A stretch of DNA of 62,100 nt, counting the filler. It is 4 parts of 4 records of this genome, joined end to end, with 100 filler letters (N's around TTAATTAATTAA, not from the genome) between each part and the next. Parts side by side here need not be neighbours in the genome. Positions count along the whole stretch, not along the records: positions 41,355 to 62,100 come from SRR20825006_1045; 3 more parts are not named here. One strand, 5' to 3'. The position numbers were made by a program, and so were the translations under genes. Below, piece by piece: positions 42,033 through 49,456 of this stretch. The first letter of the stretch is position 1; the number at the start of each line of letters is the position of its first letter. Under the pieces are notes generated by a model. The model was not told the origin of the DNA. It saw only the letters and a list, made by a program, of their open reading frames with translations, and ran no database searches.

Positions 42033-42401
42033 ATGACGACAAAATTCCTGGTCGTGCAGGGCGATATCTTGATTTCAGAGGATCTGTCCCAGATCCTCCG
42101 CGACTGCATTCCAGCATCGACCATCCGCCGCGTCGAAGACGTGCCGGAAGCGGTTAAGACGTTGAAGAAGGACGGCCCGCAAGACGTGGTTTTCCTGCTG
42201 GGCAGCGCGGCCAGCAGTGTCGACCCTGAATTGATGGACCTTCTGAGCGAACGCGCGGTCACAGCCGTGCGCGTCGGCGTCGAGAACCCCAGTTTCACCG
42301 AAGTTCTCTATGACGGCTACCGGGTCGCCATGCCGTTCAGCACCGGCGACATCGAGCGTTTGCTGGGCAACATCGGGCTTATACCAAAAGACGACGCCTA
42401 A
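42033..42401 (+). CDS. Degenerate single-domain receiver-like protein
   Basis: REC-like pattern FLVVQGDILISEDL..QDVVFLL..MPF, with phospho-Asp and conserved Lys replaced; AGGGG SD. Confidence 0.65.
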   Translation: MTTKFLVVQGDILISEDLSQILRDCIPASTIRRVEDVPEAVKTLKKDGPQDVVFLLGSAASSVDPELMDLLSERAVTAVRVGVENPSFTEVLYDGYRVAMPFSTGDIERLLGNIGLIPKDDA

Positions 42402-43912
42402 AACCCCAGACCTGCCATATAAGTCTCTAACATCTGCGTATCGCCTTGGGGCGCCGCGCAACCCACATAGGTGTCTGGTCGCACCAAATAGGCCGCGTCC
42501 CGTTCCAGCCCCGCAGCCGCGCAGGCGGCGTTCCACTCAAAAACATGCAGCGGCACATCGCGGTCCGAACACCATGTTCGCAGCGCATCCGTCGGCTGGC
42601 CGTAAACGTGTACCTGCCAGATGATGTCAGCGAGCGGACCAAAATTGTCACCCTTGTCCAGATGCACGAACGGCAAGCGGTCACCGCCCGAGACTTCCCC
42701 TGCCTTGCCCACCCCCAACGGCCCGTCTGCATAGGTGATCGCCACCTGTGAAATCGCGCGGAACATTGCCGCGCGGGCCGAGGCCAGACCAAAGGCCAGC
42801 TTGGCGACGTTCGGCACCACATAGGTGCGCATGAAGCCAAAGACACTGCCCTTGCGCGAGGCAAGGTTGAACGCCTGATCGGTGGTTTTGATCAAGGTCC
42901 GCGCAAAGGCCGCGCGTTCGGCATGATAGCTTTCCAGCAGCGCGTCATTGCCCCGTCCATTGACCACTGCCGCCAGCTTCCAAGCCAGATTGATCGCGTC
43001 GCCAATGCCCGTGTTCATTCCCTGTCCGCCTGCGGGGCTGTGAATATGCGCGGCATCTCCGGCCAGGAAGATATTCCCGTGACGGAAACGGTCGGTCATC
43101 CTGTGGTGCGATTTATAGGTGGAGAACCAGTTCAGATGCGTCACCTGGATGCCCAGAGCGTGCAGGCTCTCGCGGCCAACATCCTCAAAGTTCAGATCGT
43201 CGCTGCGCGCCACCCGCTCGGGCCGTATGCTGCCCACCAGCCGCATTTTTCCCTCGGTGCCATAGGGGAAAACCAACAGGAAATCGGTTTCCTCAAAGGA
43301 CAGGTGAACGTTGCCGTTGAACATGTCCTGCGCGACTTCGACGTCCGCCACATAAAGCAACGATCTGTAGGTGCCGCCTTTGAATTTCCCGCCCAGCCCC
43401 TTGCGTACGGTCGATGCCGCGCCGTCGGCCCCTACCATGAACCGGGTGGTGCAGGTCCGGGTCTTGCCATCGGGGCCGCGCAGCGTGGCGGTGACATGGT
43501 CGCCCTCGTCTTTGGCGTCCAGCAACTCGGTGTTGCGTTCGATGGTCAGGCCGCGCGCGGCAAGCTGATCGCACAGGAAGGACTCGTGATGGTCCTGCGG
43601 AAAGATCAGCAGATAGGGATAGGGGGTTATGTCGCCGCCAAAGTCACGCATGTCGATCTGCGCGCGTCGTTTGCCACGCGCCCACATGTTGACCACGCGG
43701 CTGGGGTGTCCGGCGGCCGCCACAGCATCGGCCATCCCCAACTGACGGTACAGTTCAAGCGTGCGGGCATGCACCACCATCGCCCGCGATGTGGTGCCCG
43801 GCGCACTGGTCTTGTCGATAATGCAGACGCTGACCCCCTGAGCCTGCAACCAAAGCGCCAGAACCAAACCCGTTGGACCAGCACCGACAATCAAAACATC
43901 TGTTTTTTGCAT
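42398..43912 (-). CDS. FAD-dependent monooxygenase (PheA/TfdB-like)
   Basis: GAGPTG, VGADGAAS.VRK, FLAGDAAHIHSPAGGQGMNTGIGDA.NLAWKL, LVRPDTYV. Confidence 0.93.
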   Translation of the reverse strand: MQKTDVLIVGAGPTGLVLALWLQAQGVSVCIIDKTSAPGTTSRAMVVHARTLELYRQLGMADAVAAAGHPSRVVNMWARGKRRAQIDMRDFGGDITPYPYLLIFPQDHHESFLCDQLAARGLTIERNTELLDAKDEGDHVTATLRGPDGKTRTCTTRFMVGADGAASTVRKGLGGKFKGGTYRSLLYVADVEVAQDMFNGNVHLSFEETDFLLVFPYGTEGKMRLVGSIRPERVARSDDLNFEDVGRESLHALGIQVTHLNWFSTYKSHHRMTDRFRHGNIFLAGDAAHIHSPAGGQGMNTGIGDAINLAWKLAAVVNGRGNDALLESYHAERAAFARTLIKTTDQAFNLASRKGSVFGFMRTYVVPNVAKLAFGLASARAAMFRAISQVAITYADGPLGVGKAGEVSGGDRLPFVHLDKGDNFGPLADIIWQVHVYGQPTDALRTWCSDRDVPLHVFEWNAACAAAGLERDAAYLVRPDTYVGCAAPQGDTQMLETYMAGLGF

Positions 43913-43978
43913 ATCAAACGCCTTTCTATACGTTCAACATGCGCGGCCTTTGCCCCCGTTTCAACGCAGCAGACATGC

Positions 43979-44006
43979 AAAAGCCCGCCGCATTTCTGCG
44001 ACGGGC
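43979..44006 (-). terminator. Rho-independent terminator of phyR
   Basis: Minus strand GCCCGTCGCA-GAAA-TGCGGCGGGC-TTTT. Confidence 0.75.
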
Positions 44007-44037
44007 CAATTCTGGCTGATCCGTGATGGGTCGGGTA

Positions 44038-44853
44038 TCAGACCTTCAGCGAAGCCGTTGTCGAAAAGAACATCGCCTGGCTGACAGCCGATTTCACCTG
44101 ATCTTCCTTGTAGGGCTTCGAGATCAGGAACGCAGGCTCGGGGCGTTCGCCGGTCAGCAGACGTTCGGGATAGGCGGTGATGAAGATCACCGGCAGGTTG
44201 CCGAACTGGCCTAGCAGATCGTTCACGGCGTCAATGCCGGACGAGTTGTCGGCCAGACGGATGTCGGCCAGGATCAGATCGGGTTTGTCGGCGCTGCCCA
44301 GCTTCACGGCCTCGTCGCGGGTGCGTGCGATGCCGGTGATGCGGTGACCCAGATCACCCACAAGGTTTTCCAGATCCATCGCAATGATCGGCTCGTCTTC
44401 GATGATCAGAACGCGACCCGCGATGCTGTCGGCCATTTCGCGGTGTGCGACGTTGACCAGGTGTTCCGCCTCGTCACGGTCCACGCCCATGATCTCAGCC
44501 ACGCCGTCAAAATCGAATTCCTCGATGGTGTGCAGCAACAACGCCTCGCGGGTGTTGTCGGTCAGCTTTGCCAGGTGTCTTTGCGCGGCACCTTCCATGA
44601 TGTCGTCGGAACTGTCCATTGTATCGACCTTGCTGGCCTGCCAGATGACATGCAGCACCTTGAACAAACCTGTCTTGACACTCAGACTTGGGTCCAGCGC
44701 ACTGCTATCGGCCAGGATCGCTTCCAGAGCAGCGGCGGCATACCGGTCACCTCCCGTTTGCGAACCAGTCAGCGCACGCGCGTAGCGGCGTAGATATGGC
44801 AACACCGAGCCAATCTCGGCGGAACGGTCCAAGCCAGTATTTTCAGAAGTCAT
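44038..44853 (-). CDS. phyR: Anti-anti-sigma response regulator PhyR
   Basis: Sigma-like N-domain LPYLRRYARALTGSQ; C-terminal receiver IIEDE, ADIRL, FITAYPERLLTGERPEPAFLISKP. Confidence 0.95.
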   Translation of the reverse strand: MTSENTGLDRSAEIGSVLPYLRRYARALTGSQTGGDRYAAAALEAILADSSALDPSLSVKTGLFKVLHVIWQASKVDTMDSSDDIMEGAAQRHLAKLTDNTREALLLHTIEEFDFDGVAEIMGVDRDEAEHLVNVAHREMADSIAGRVLIIEDEPIIAMDLENLVGDLGHRITGIARTRDEAVKLGSADKPDLILADIRLADNSSGIDAVNDLLGQFGNLPVIFITAYPERLLTGERPEPAFLISKPYKEDQVKSAVSQAMFFSTTASLKV

Positions 44854-44878
44854 ATTATTTCCCCGAATTTCGAATTTC

Positions 44879-44916
44879 TTGGGAACCAAACGCAGCATGC
44901 CGTGTTTAGTTCCCAA
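44879..44916. promoter_or_regulatory. Overlapping divergent EcfG promoters for phyR and nepR-ecfG
   Basis: Plus strand GGAAC(44882)-N16-TGTT; minus strand GGAAC(44913)-N16-CGTT; inside a TTGGGAAC..GTTCCCAA inverted repeat. Confidence 0.88.
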
Positions 44917-44960
44917 CTAAGTGCGCAAAAGTACATTTCTGAAATTAGGCGAAATCCACA

Positions 44961-45125
44961 ATGGCAAATAACGAACCGAATTCCGGGACACGCAAGCAGA
45001 TAGACGACAACCTGCGTCGTGTGTTTCAGGAAAAGGTCGAGGAAGAGGTTCCCGATCGCTTCAAGCAACTGCTCGCGCAGCTGCAAGAGCAGGACAGCCA
45101 AAAAGGGTCAGGTGACCATAAATGA
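44961..45125 (+). CDS. nepR: Anti-sigma factor NepR (54 aa; absent from the ORF track)
   Basis: Manual translation MANNEPNSGTRKQIDDNLRRVFQEKVEEEVPDRFKQLLAQLQEQDSQKGSGDHK; I..NLR..F......PDRF..LL..L motif; ATGA overlap with ecfG. Confidence 0.93.
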   Translation: MANNEPNSGTRKQIDDNLRRVFQEKVEEEVPDRFKQLLAQLQEQDSQKGSGDHK

Positions 45126-45679
45126 GCGATTCAGATCCGAGAAATGAGCTGGTAGACCATCTGCCGGCACTGCGGGCGTTCGCCCTGAGTTTGACGCGCA
45201 ACGGCGCCGTGGCCGATGACATGGTGCAGGACACCGTCGTCAAAGCCTGGACAAATATCGACAAATTCCAGGAAGGCACCAACATGCGTGCTTGGCTGTT
45301 TACGATCCTGCGCAACACCTATTACTCCAGCCGTCGCAAGGTAAAACGCGAGGTTGCGGATGTGGACGGCGTTCACACCGGCAACATGGCTGAAAAGCCG
45401 GCGCACGATGGCCGCTTGCAGATGAACGACTTTCGCAAGGCATTTGCCCAACTGCCCGACGAACAACGCGAGACACTTGTACTTGTGGGCGCGTCAGGAT
45501 TTTCCTACGAAGAGGCAGCCGAGATGTGTGGTGTTGCCGTTGGGACGATCAAAAGCCGTGCCAACCGGGGTCGCAAGCGTCTGGCGGAACTGATGCACCT
45601 TGATGACGAGGATTCGATGATCATGACCGACAGGGCAACGGTCGCAGTTGTAGCGGCGAACGGCTCTTCCGCATTCTGA
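45122..45679 (+). CDS. ecfG: General stress response ECF sigma factor EcfG (ECF15)
   Basis: LPALRAFALSL, ADDMVQDT, GTNMRAWLFTILRN, LVGASGFSYEEAA..GTIKSRANR; phyR-nepR context. Confidence 0.95.
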   Translation: MSDSDPRNELVDHLPALRAFALSLTRNGAVADDMVQDTVVKAWTNIDKFQEGTNMRAWLFTILRNTYYSSRRKVKREVADVDGVHTGNMAEKPAHDGRLQMNDFRKAFAQLPDEQRETLVLVGASGFSYEEAAEMCGVAVGTIKSRANRGRKRLAELMHLDDEDSMIMTDRATVAVVAANGSSAF

Positions 45680-47415
45680 TGTCAGACCCGGGACGCGACA
45701 CATCGTCGACCCGGGCGCTCGCGCGCGGCCTTAGGCTTAGGGTCGCGGCCTTTCTTGCGTTGGCACTGCTGCCCATCGGCGTCATGGGTGTCTTGCAAAC
45801 CCATGATCTGTCAAGAGAAGTGGACAACCGGTCCGAGCTGGCGTTGCTGGCGCTGACAAACACCGCCGCCGTGTCAGAGCGGCAAGTGTTCGAACGCGCC
45901 TTTGGCGCCGCCGAGGCGCTGACCGCTGTGTTGCAACTGATGCTGGTCGAACCGGAGCGTTGCGGCAACTATCTTACCCAGTACATCAAGGAAACCGGAA
46001 GCTATTCCTTTGTCGGATTTCTGGACCCTAACGGAAACATGGTGTGTTCCTCTGGCGGCACCGACTTTGACATAAACAACTGGTCGAACCTGACACAGCG
46101 GTTCGAAGCGCCACGCATGTGGATCGACCCCACCCGCAGCAACAACTCGGATGGAAACGGCGCGATCAACGTGCTTTACCCCTCTTATCAGAACGAAACC
46201 TTTCGCGGCTATATCGCCATGTCGCTGCCCCGCACGGGGTCTGGCGTGACATGGCAACCCTCGACCACGCGCCGTCCGCTCAGCCTGACCACATACAATG
46301 ACCGTGGCGACGTCCTGACGACGGTGTCGTCGACAGCGGACCAGACCATCTATCTGCCGCAGGATTTCAAATTCGAGCGGTTGAACGGCGACTGGACGCA
46401 GACTTTTGTTTCCAACAACCAGTTCGGCCAGGAACAGGCCTTTGCCGTGGTGCCGGTCATGCCTGGGCTCGTCTATGCGCTGGCCGCCTGGCCGGTCGAA
46501 TACCGCAAACCTGCAATCGGGCGTTTTTCCAGCGCACCGATGCTGTTTCCGTTCCTGATGTTCGTGGCCAGCCTGGCGGTGGCCTATTACGCGGTCGACC
46601 GGCTGGTCGTGCGCCACGTGAAAAACCTGCGCAACAAGGTGCAGGCGTTTTCGCGCACACGCCGGCTGCCCACCACTTCGGACCAGTTTTCCCTGTCAGC
46701 CGAGTTGCAGGACCTCGAGGACGCGCTGGCCGAGATGGCCTTTCATCTGCTTGACGATGAGGCACAGATGGAAGACGCGCTGCGCGAAAAGAACGTGCTT
46801 TTGAAGGAAATTCACCACCGGGTGCGCAACAACCTTCAACTGATCTCGTCGATCATGAACATGCAGATCCGCAAGGCATCCGAACCGGAAACCCGCGATA
46901 TCCTGCGCCGTTTGCAGGAACGGGTCATGAGCCTGTCTTCGGTGCACAAGAGCGTCTACCAGACCGAAAACCTGAGCCGCACCAACGCGGGCACGCTGAT
47001 ACCCGACCTGTTCGAACGGCTGGTCGCCTCGAACGGCCCGGCAGGTCTGGATTATCGCCACGAGTTCGACGAAATCGTCCTCTTCCCGGACCAGGCGGTG
47101 CCGCTGACCTTGCTGGCATCCGAGCTGGGCACCAACGCGCTGACCTTCATGGGCGCGCCCGAGGGCGAAAAACCGCATCTTTTTGTGTCACTCAAGCAAC
47201 TGGAAGCGGGGTCTGCGCGTTTGGTCTGCGAAAACTCGGTCGGCGCGGACATCCAGGATATGAAACCCAACGAGGCTGGGTTGGGTGCGCAATTGATCCG
47301 GGCATTTGCAACGCAATTGAACGGCAAGGTCGAGACCACCTCGACAGACCGTTTGTACCGGACCGAGGTGACCTTTGATGTCGAAGACGTGTTTCACGAA
47401 CCTGCCGACCATTGA
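45679..47415 (+). CDS. Membrane-bound HisKA_2-type sensor histidine kinase/phosphotransferase (PhyK-like)
   Basis: Two TM helices, periplasmic sensor, HAMP-like linker, KEIHHRVRNNLQ H-box, ELGTNA N-box, degenerate G1 box; translationally coupled to ecfG. Confidence 0.88.
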   Translation: MSDPGRDTSSTRALARGLRLRVAAFLALALLPIGVMGVLQTHDLSREVDNRSELALLALTNTAAVSERQVFERAFGAAEALTAVLQLMLVEPERCGNYLTQYIKETGSYSFVGFLDPNGNMVCSSGGTDFDINNWSNLTQRFEAPRMWIDPTRSNNSDGNGAINVLYPSYQNETFRGYIAMSLPRTGSGVTWQPSTTRRPLSLTTYNDRGDVLTTVSSTADQTIYLPQDFKFERLNGDWTQTFVSNNQFGQEQAFAVVPVMPGLVYALAAWPVEYRKPAIGRFSSAPMLFPFLMFVASLAVAYYAVDRLVVRHVKNLRNKVQAFSRTRRLPTTSDQFSLSAELQDLEDALAEMAFHLLDDEAQMEDALREKNVLLKEIHHRVRNNLQLISSIMNMQIRKASEPETRDILRRLQERVMSLSSVHKSVYQTENLSRTNAGTLIPDLFERLVASNGPAGLDYRHEFDEIVLFPDQAVPLTLLASELGTNALTFMGAPEGEKPHLFVSLKQLEAGSARLVCENSVGADIQDMKPNEAGLGAQLIRAFATQLNGKVETTSTDRLYRTEVTFDVEDVFHEPADH

Positions 47416-47424
47416 CCCCCTGCC

Positions 47425-48969
47425 ATGATCTCGGAAAACCCGGCAAAAGCACGGATTTTCCTCACGGCATCCGAAGCCTATCCCGCGCTTGAAACCCTGT
47501 TCCTTGACGCGGAAAAAGAGCTGTTGGCAGGCTTTCGCGTGTTTGACCCTGCGACGCCGCTGTATTCCGAACGCGGGCGCGACATCGGCGATACGTGGTC
47601 CGACCTGATCGAACACACCCTGCGGCGCGGTGTGCGGTTCCGGATGCTGCTGACCGACTTTGATCCGATCATCCGCCCCGACCTGCACCGCGGCACATGG
47701 CTTGCCAAACACCGGATGATCCTGGCCGCTGAGGCATCGGGCAACCCGCATCTTTTGGACATCGTGCCGGCCATGCACCCTGCGCGGGTTGGCTGGCTGC
47801 CGCGCATCTTTTTCTGGCCAAAGATCATTTCGGAAATCCGCGCCGAAGTGAAACGGCTGAACGCGCTGCCCCAACAAGAAGCAGCCATGCAGTTGAAGCA
47901 CGCGCCGGGGCTGTGCCAGTATATTTCAGGCGACCATCCCCAGCTGAAGGCCAGCCTGCGGCAGTTTCCTGCGCTGATCCCGACCACGCACCACCAGAAA
48001 CTGATTGTCGCCGATGGGAAGCGGCTGATGCTGGGCGGTCTGGACGTGAACGAACGCCGTTATGACACACCCGAACACCGCCGCGAGGGTCCGCAAACAT
48101 GGCACGACACCCAGATCATGTGCGAAGGCCCCATCGTGGAACAGGCTCAGCGTCACCTGATCGAAATGTTGGCGGTCACCAATGGCACGCGCGCCCCGCA
48201 ACCGCTGCCCCTGCTGCTGCGCACCCTGTCCCGCAAGCACGACAACGCCGCACTGCACATGTCGCCGCGCCCGGTGCTGAACCGGATCGAACAGACGCAT
48301 TTGGAGCTGATCGCCAAGGCGCAACATCTGATCTATCTGGAAAGCCAGTATTTCCGCAGCCGCGTTATCTCCAAGGCTCTGGCGCGCGCGGCGCGTGAAA
48401 AGCCCGACCTGAAACTGATCCTGGTCCTGCCAGCGGCCCCGGACGACGTGGCTTTTGAACATTCAACCAAGAGCGACGCGCGTTTTGGGGAATACCTGCA
48501 AGCGAAATCCGTGAGAAAAGTGACGCGCGCCTTCGGCAAACGCTGTCTCGTGATGTCCCCCGCCCGTCCTGTCAAAATGGAAAATGACAGCGGTCGCGCG
48601 GCGCACTACGACGCGCCGATGATCTATTTGCATTCCAAGGTTTCAATTTTTGACGAAACGGATGCGATCATTTCGTCGGCCAACCTGAACGGGCGCAGCA
48701 TGCGCTGGGACACCGAGGTGGGCACGCACCTGACCGACCCGGAGACAGTTAAGGAACTGAAATCAAGAAGCTTTTCCCATTGGCTTCCCAATGATGCAGG
48801 ACCCGAGTTTCACGACTTGAACACCGCCACATCTGCATGGCGCAAGCTGGCTGTACAGAACGCCAAGCTGCCCCCGCAACAGCGATCAGGCTTTGTCCTG
48901 CCATTCCCGATTGCACCTGCCCGCCACTTTGGCCGCAACCTGCCAGCCGTCCCGGAAGAACTGGTCTGA
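47425..48969 (+). CDS. Phospholipase D family protein with two HKD motifs
   Basis: HQKLIVAD..GGLD, WHD, IYLESQYF, HSKVSIFD..SANLNGRS..DTE; no signal peptide. Confidence 0.92.
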   Translation: MISENPAKARIFLTASEAYPALETLFLDAEKELLAGFRVFDPATPLYSERGRDIGDTWSDLIEHTLRRGVRFRMLLTDFDPIIRPDLHRGTWLAKHRMILAAEASGNPHLLDIVPAMHPARVGWLPRIFFWPKIISEIRAEVKRLNALPQQEAAMQLKHAPGLCQYISGDHPQLKASLRQFPALIPTTHHQKLIVADGKRLMLGGLDVNERRYDTPEHRREGPQTWHDTQIMCEGPIVEQAQRHLIEMLAVTNGTRAPQPLPLLLRTLSRKHDNAALHMSPRPVLNRIEQTHLELIAKAQHLIYLESQYFRSRVISKALARAAREKPDLKLILVLPAAPDDVAFEHSTKSDARFGEYLQAKSVRKVTRAFGKRCLVMSPARPVKMENDSGRAAHYDAPMIYLHSKVSIFDETDAIISSANLNGRSMRWDTEVGTHLTDPETVKELKSRSFSHWLPNDAGPEFHDLNTATSAWRKLAVQNAKLPPQQRSGFVLPFPIAPARHFGRNLPAVPEELV

Positions 48970-49037
48970 CGGCCTTGTTGATAACGATGTATTAACGCAA
49001 CCGTGATTTTTTGAAATTGATTCAATCATTAAATCAT

Positions 49038-49062
49038 GGAACCGACGCTGCACTGCAGTGTT
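49038..49062 (+). promoter_or_regulatory. EcfG-type promoter for the small membrane protein
   Basis: GGAAC-N16-TGTT, same form as the nepR promoter. Confidence 0.7.
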
Positions 49063-49099
49063 GAGCCACCAGACCCACTTAGAGAGAGAGGATCAGAAC

Positions 49100-49264
49100 A
49101 TGAGTATCGACATGCTTGTTTTTGGGCTTCTTGCCCTCGGACTGGTTGCTGCGATCATCTATGCGACGACTGGCAAACGCAGTGGCCAGCGGGAGTCGTC
49201 AAACTTTGATATGTCCAAGGAATTTGGACGTATGCGAGACAAGGGAAGCAACAACTTCCGATAG
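49100..49264 (+). CDS. Small single-pass membrane protein (54 aa), unknown function
   Basis: AGAGGA SD; MSIDMLVFGLLALGLVAAIIYA TM helix then charged tail; EcfG-type promoter upstream. Confidence 0.72.
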   Translation: MSIDMLVFGLLALGLVAAIIYATTGKRSGQRESSNFDMSKEFGRMRDKGSNNFR

Positions 49265-49380
49265 GCTCACGCCGAAACCGAACGGCAAACGACCCACGTG
49301 CAGCTTTCCTGACCGTGCCATGCCTGAAAAAACTTCGACAGGCTGTGCACGATCAGGGATGCCGCGCACGTTTCGCATTT

Positions 49381-49409
49381 CTGTCGTCTGACCATCATCC
49401 TTCTGTTAC
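49381..49409 (+). promoter_or_regulatory. Pho box (PhoB sites) upstream of phoD
   Basis: Three heptamers at 11-bp spacing: CTGTCGT-ctga-CCATCAT-cctt-CTGTTAC versus consensus CTGTCAT. Confidence 0.7.
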
Positions 49410-49456
49410 CAAAACCGCGCATCGCTCCGGGATATCATTCATCCACGGAGCATCCG

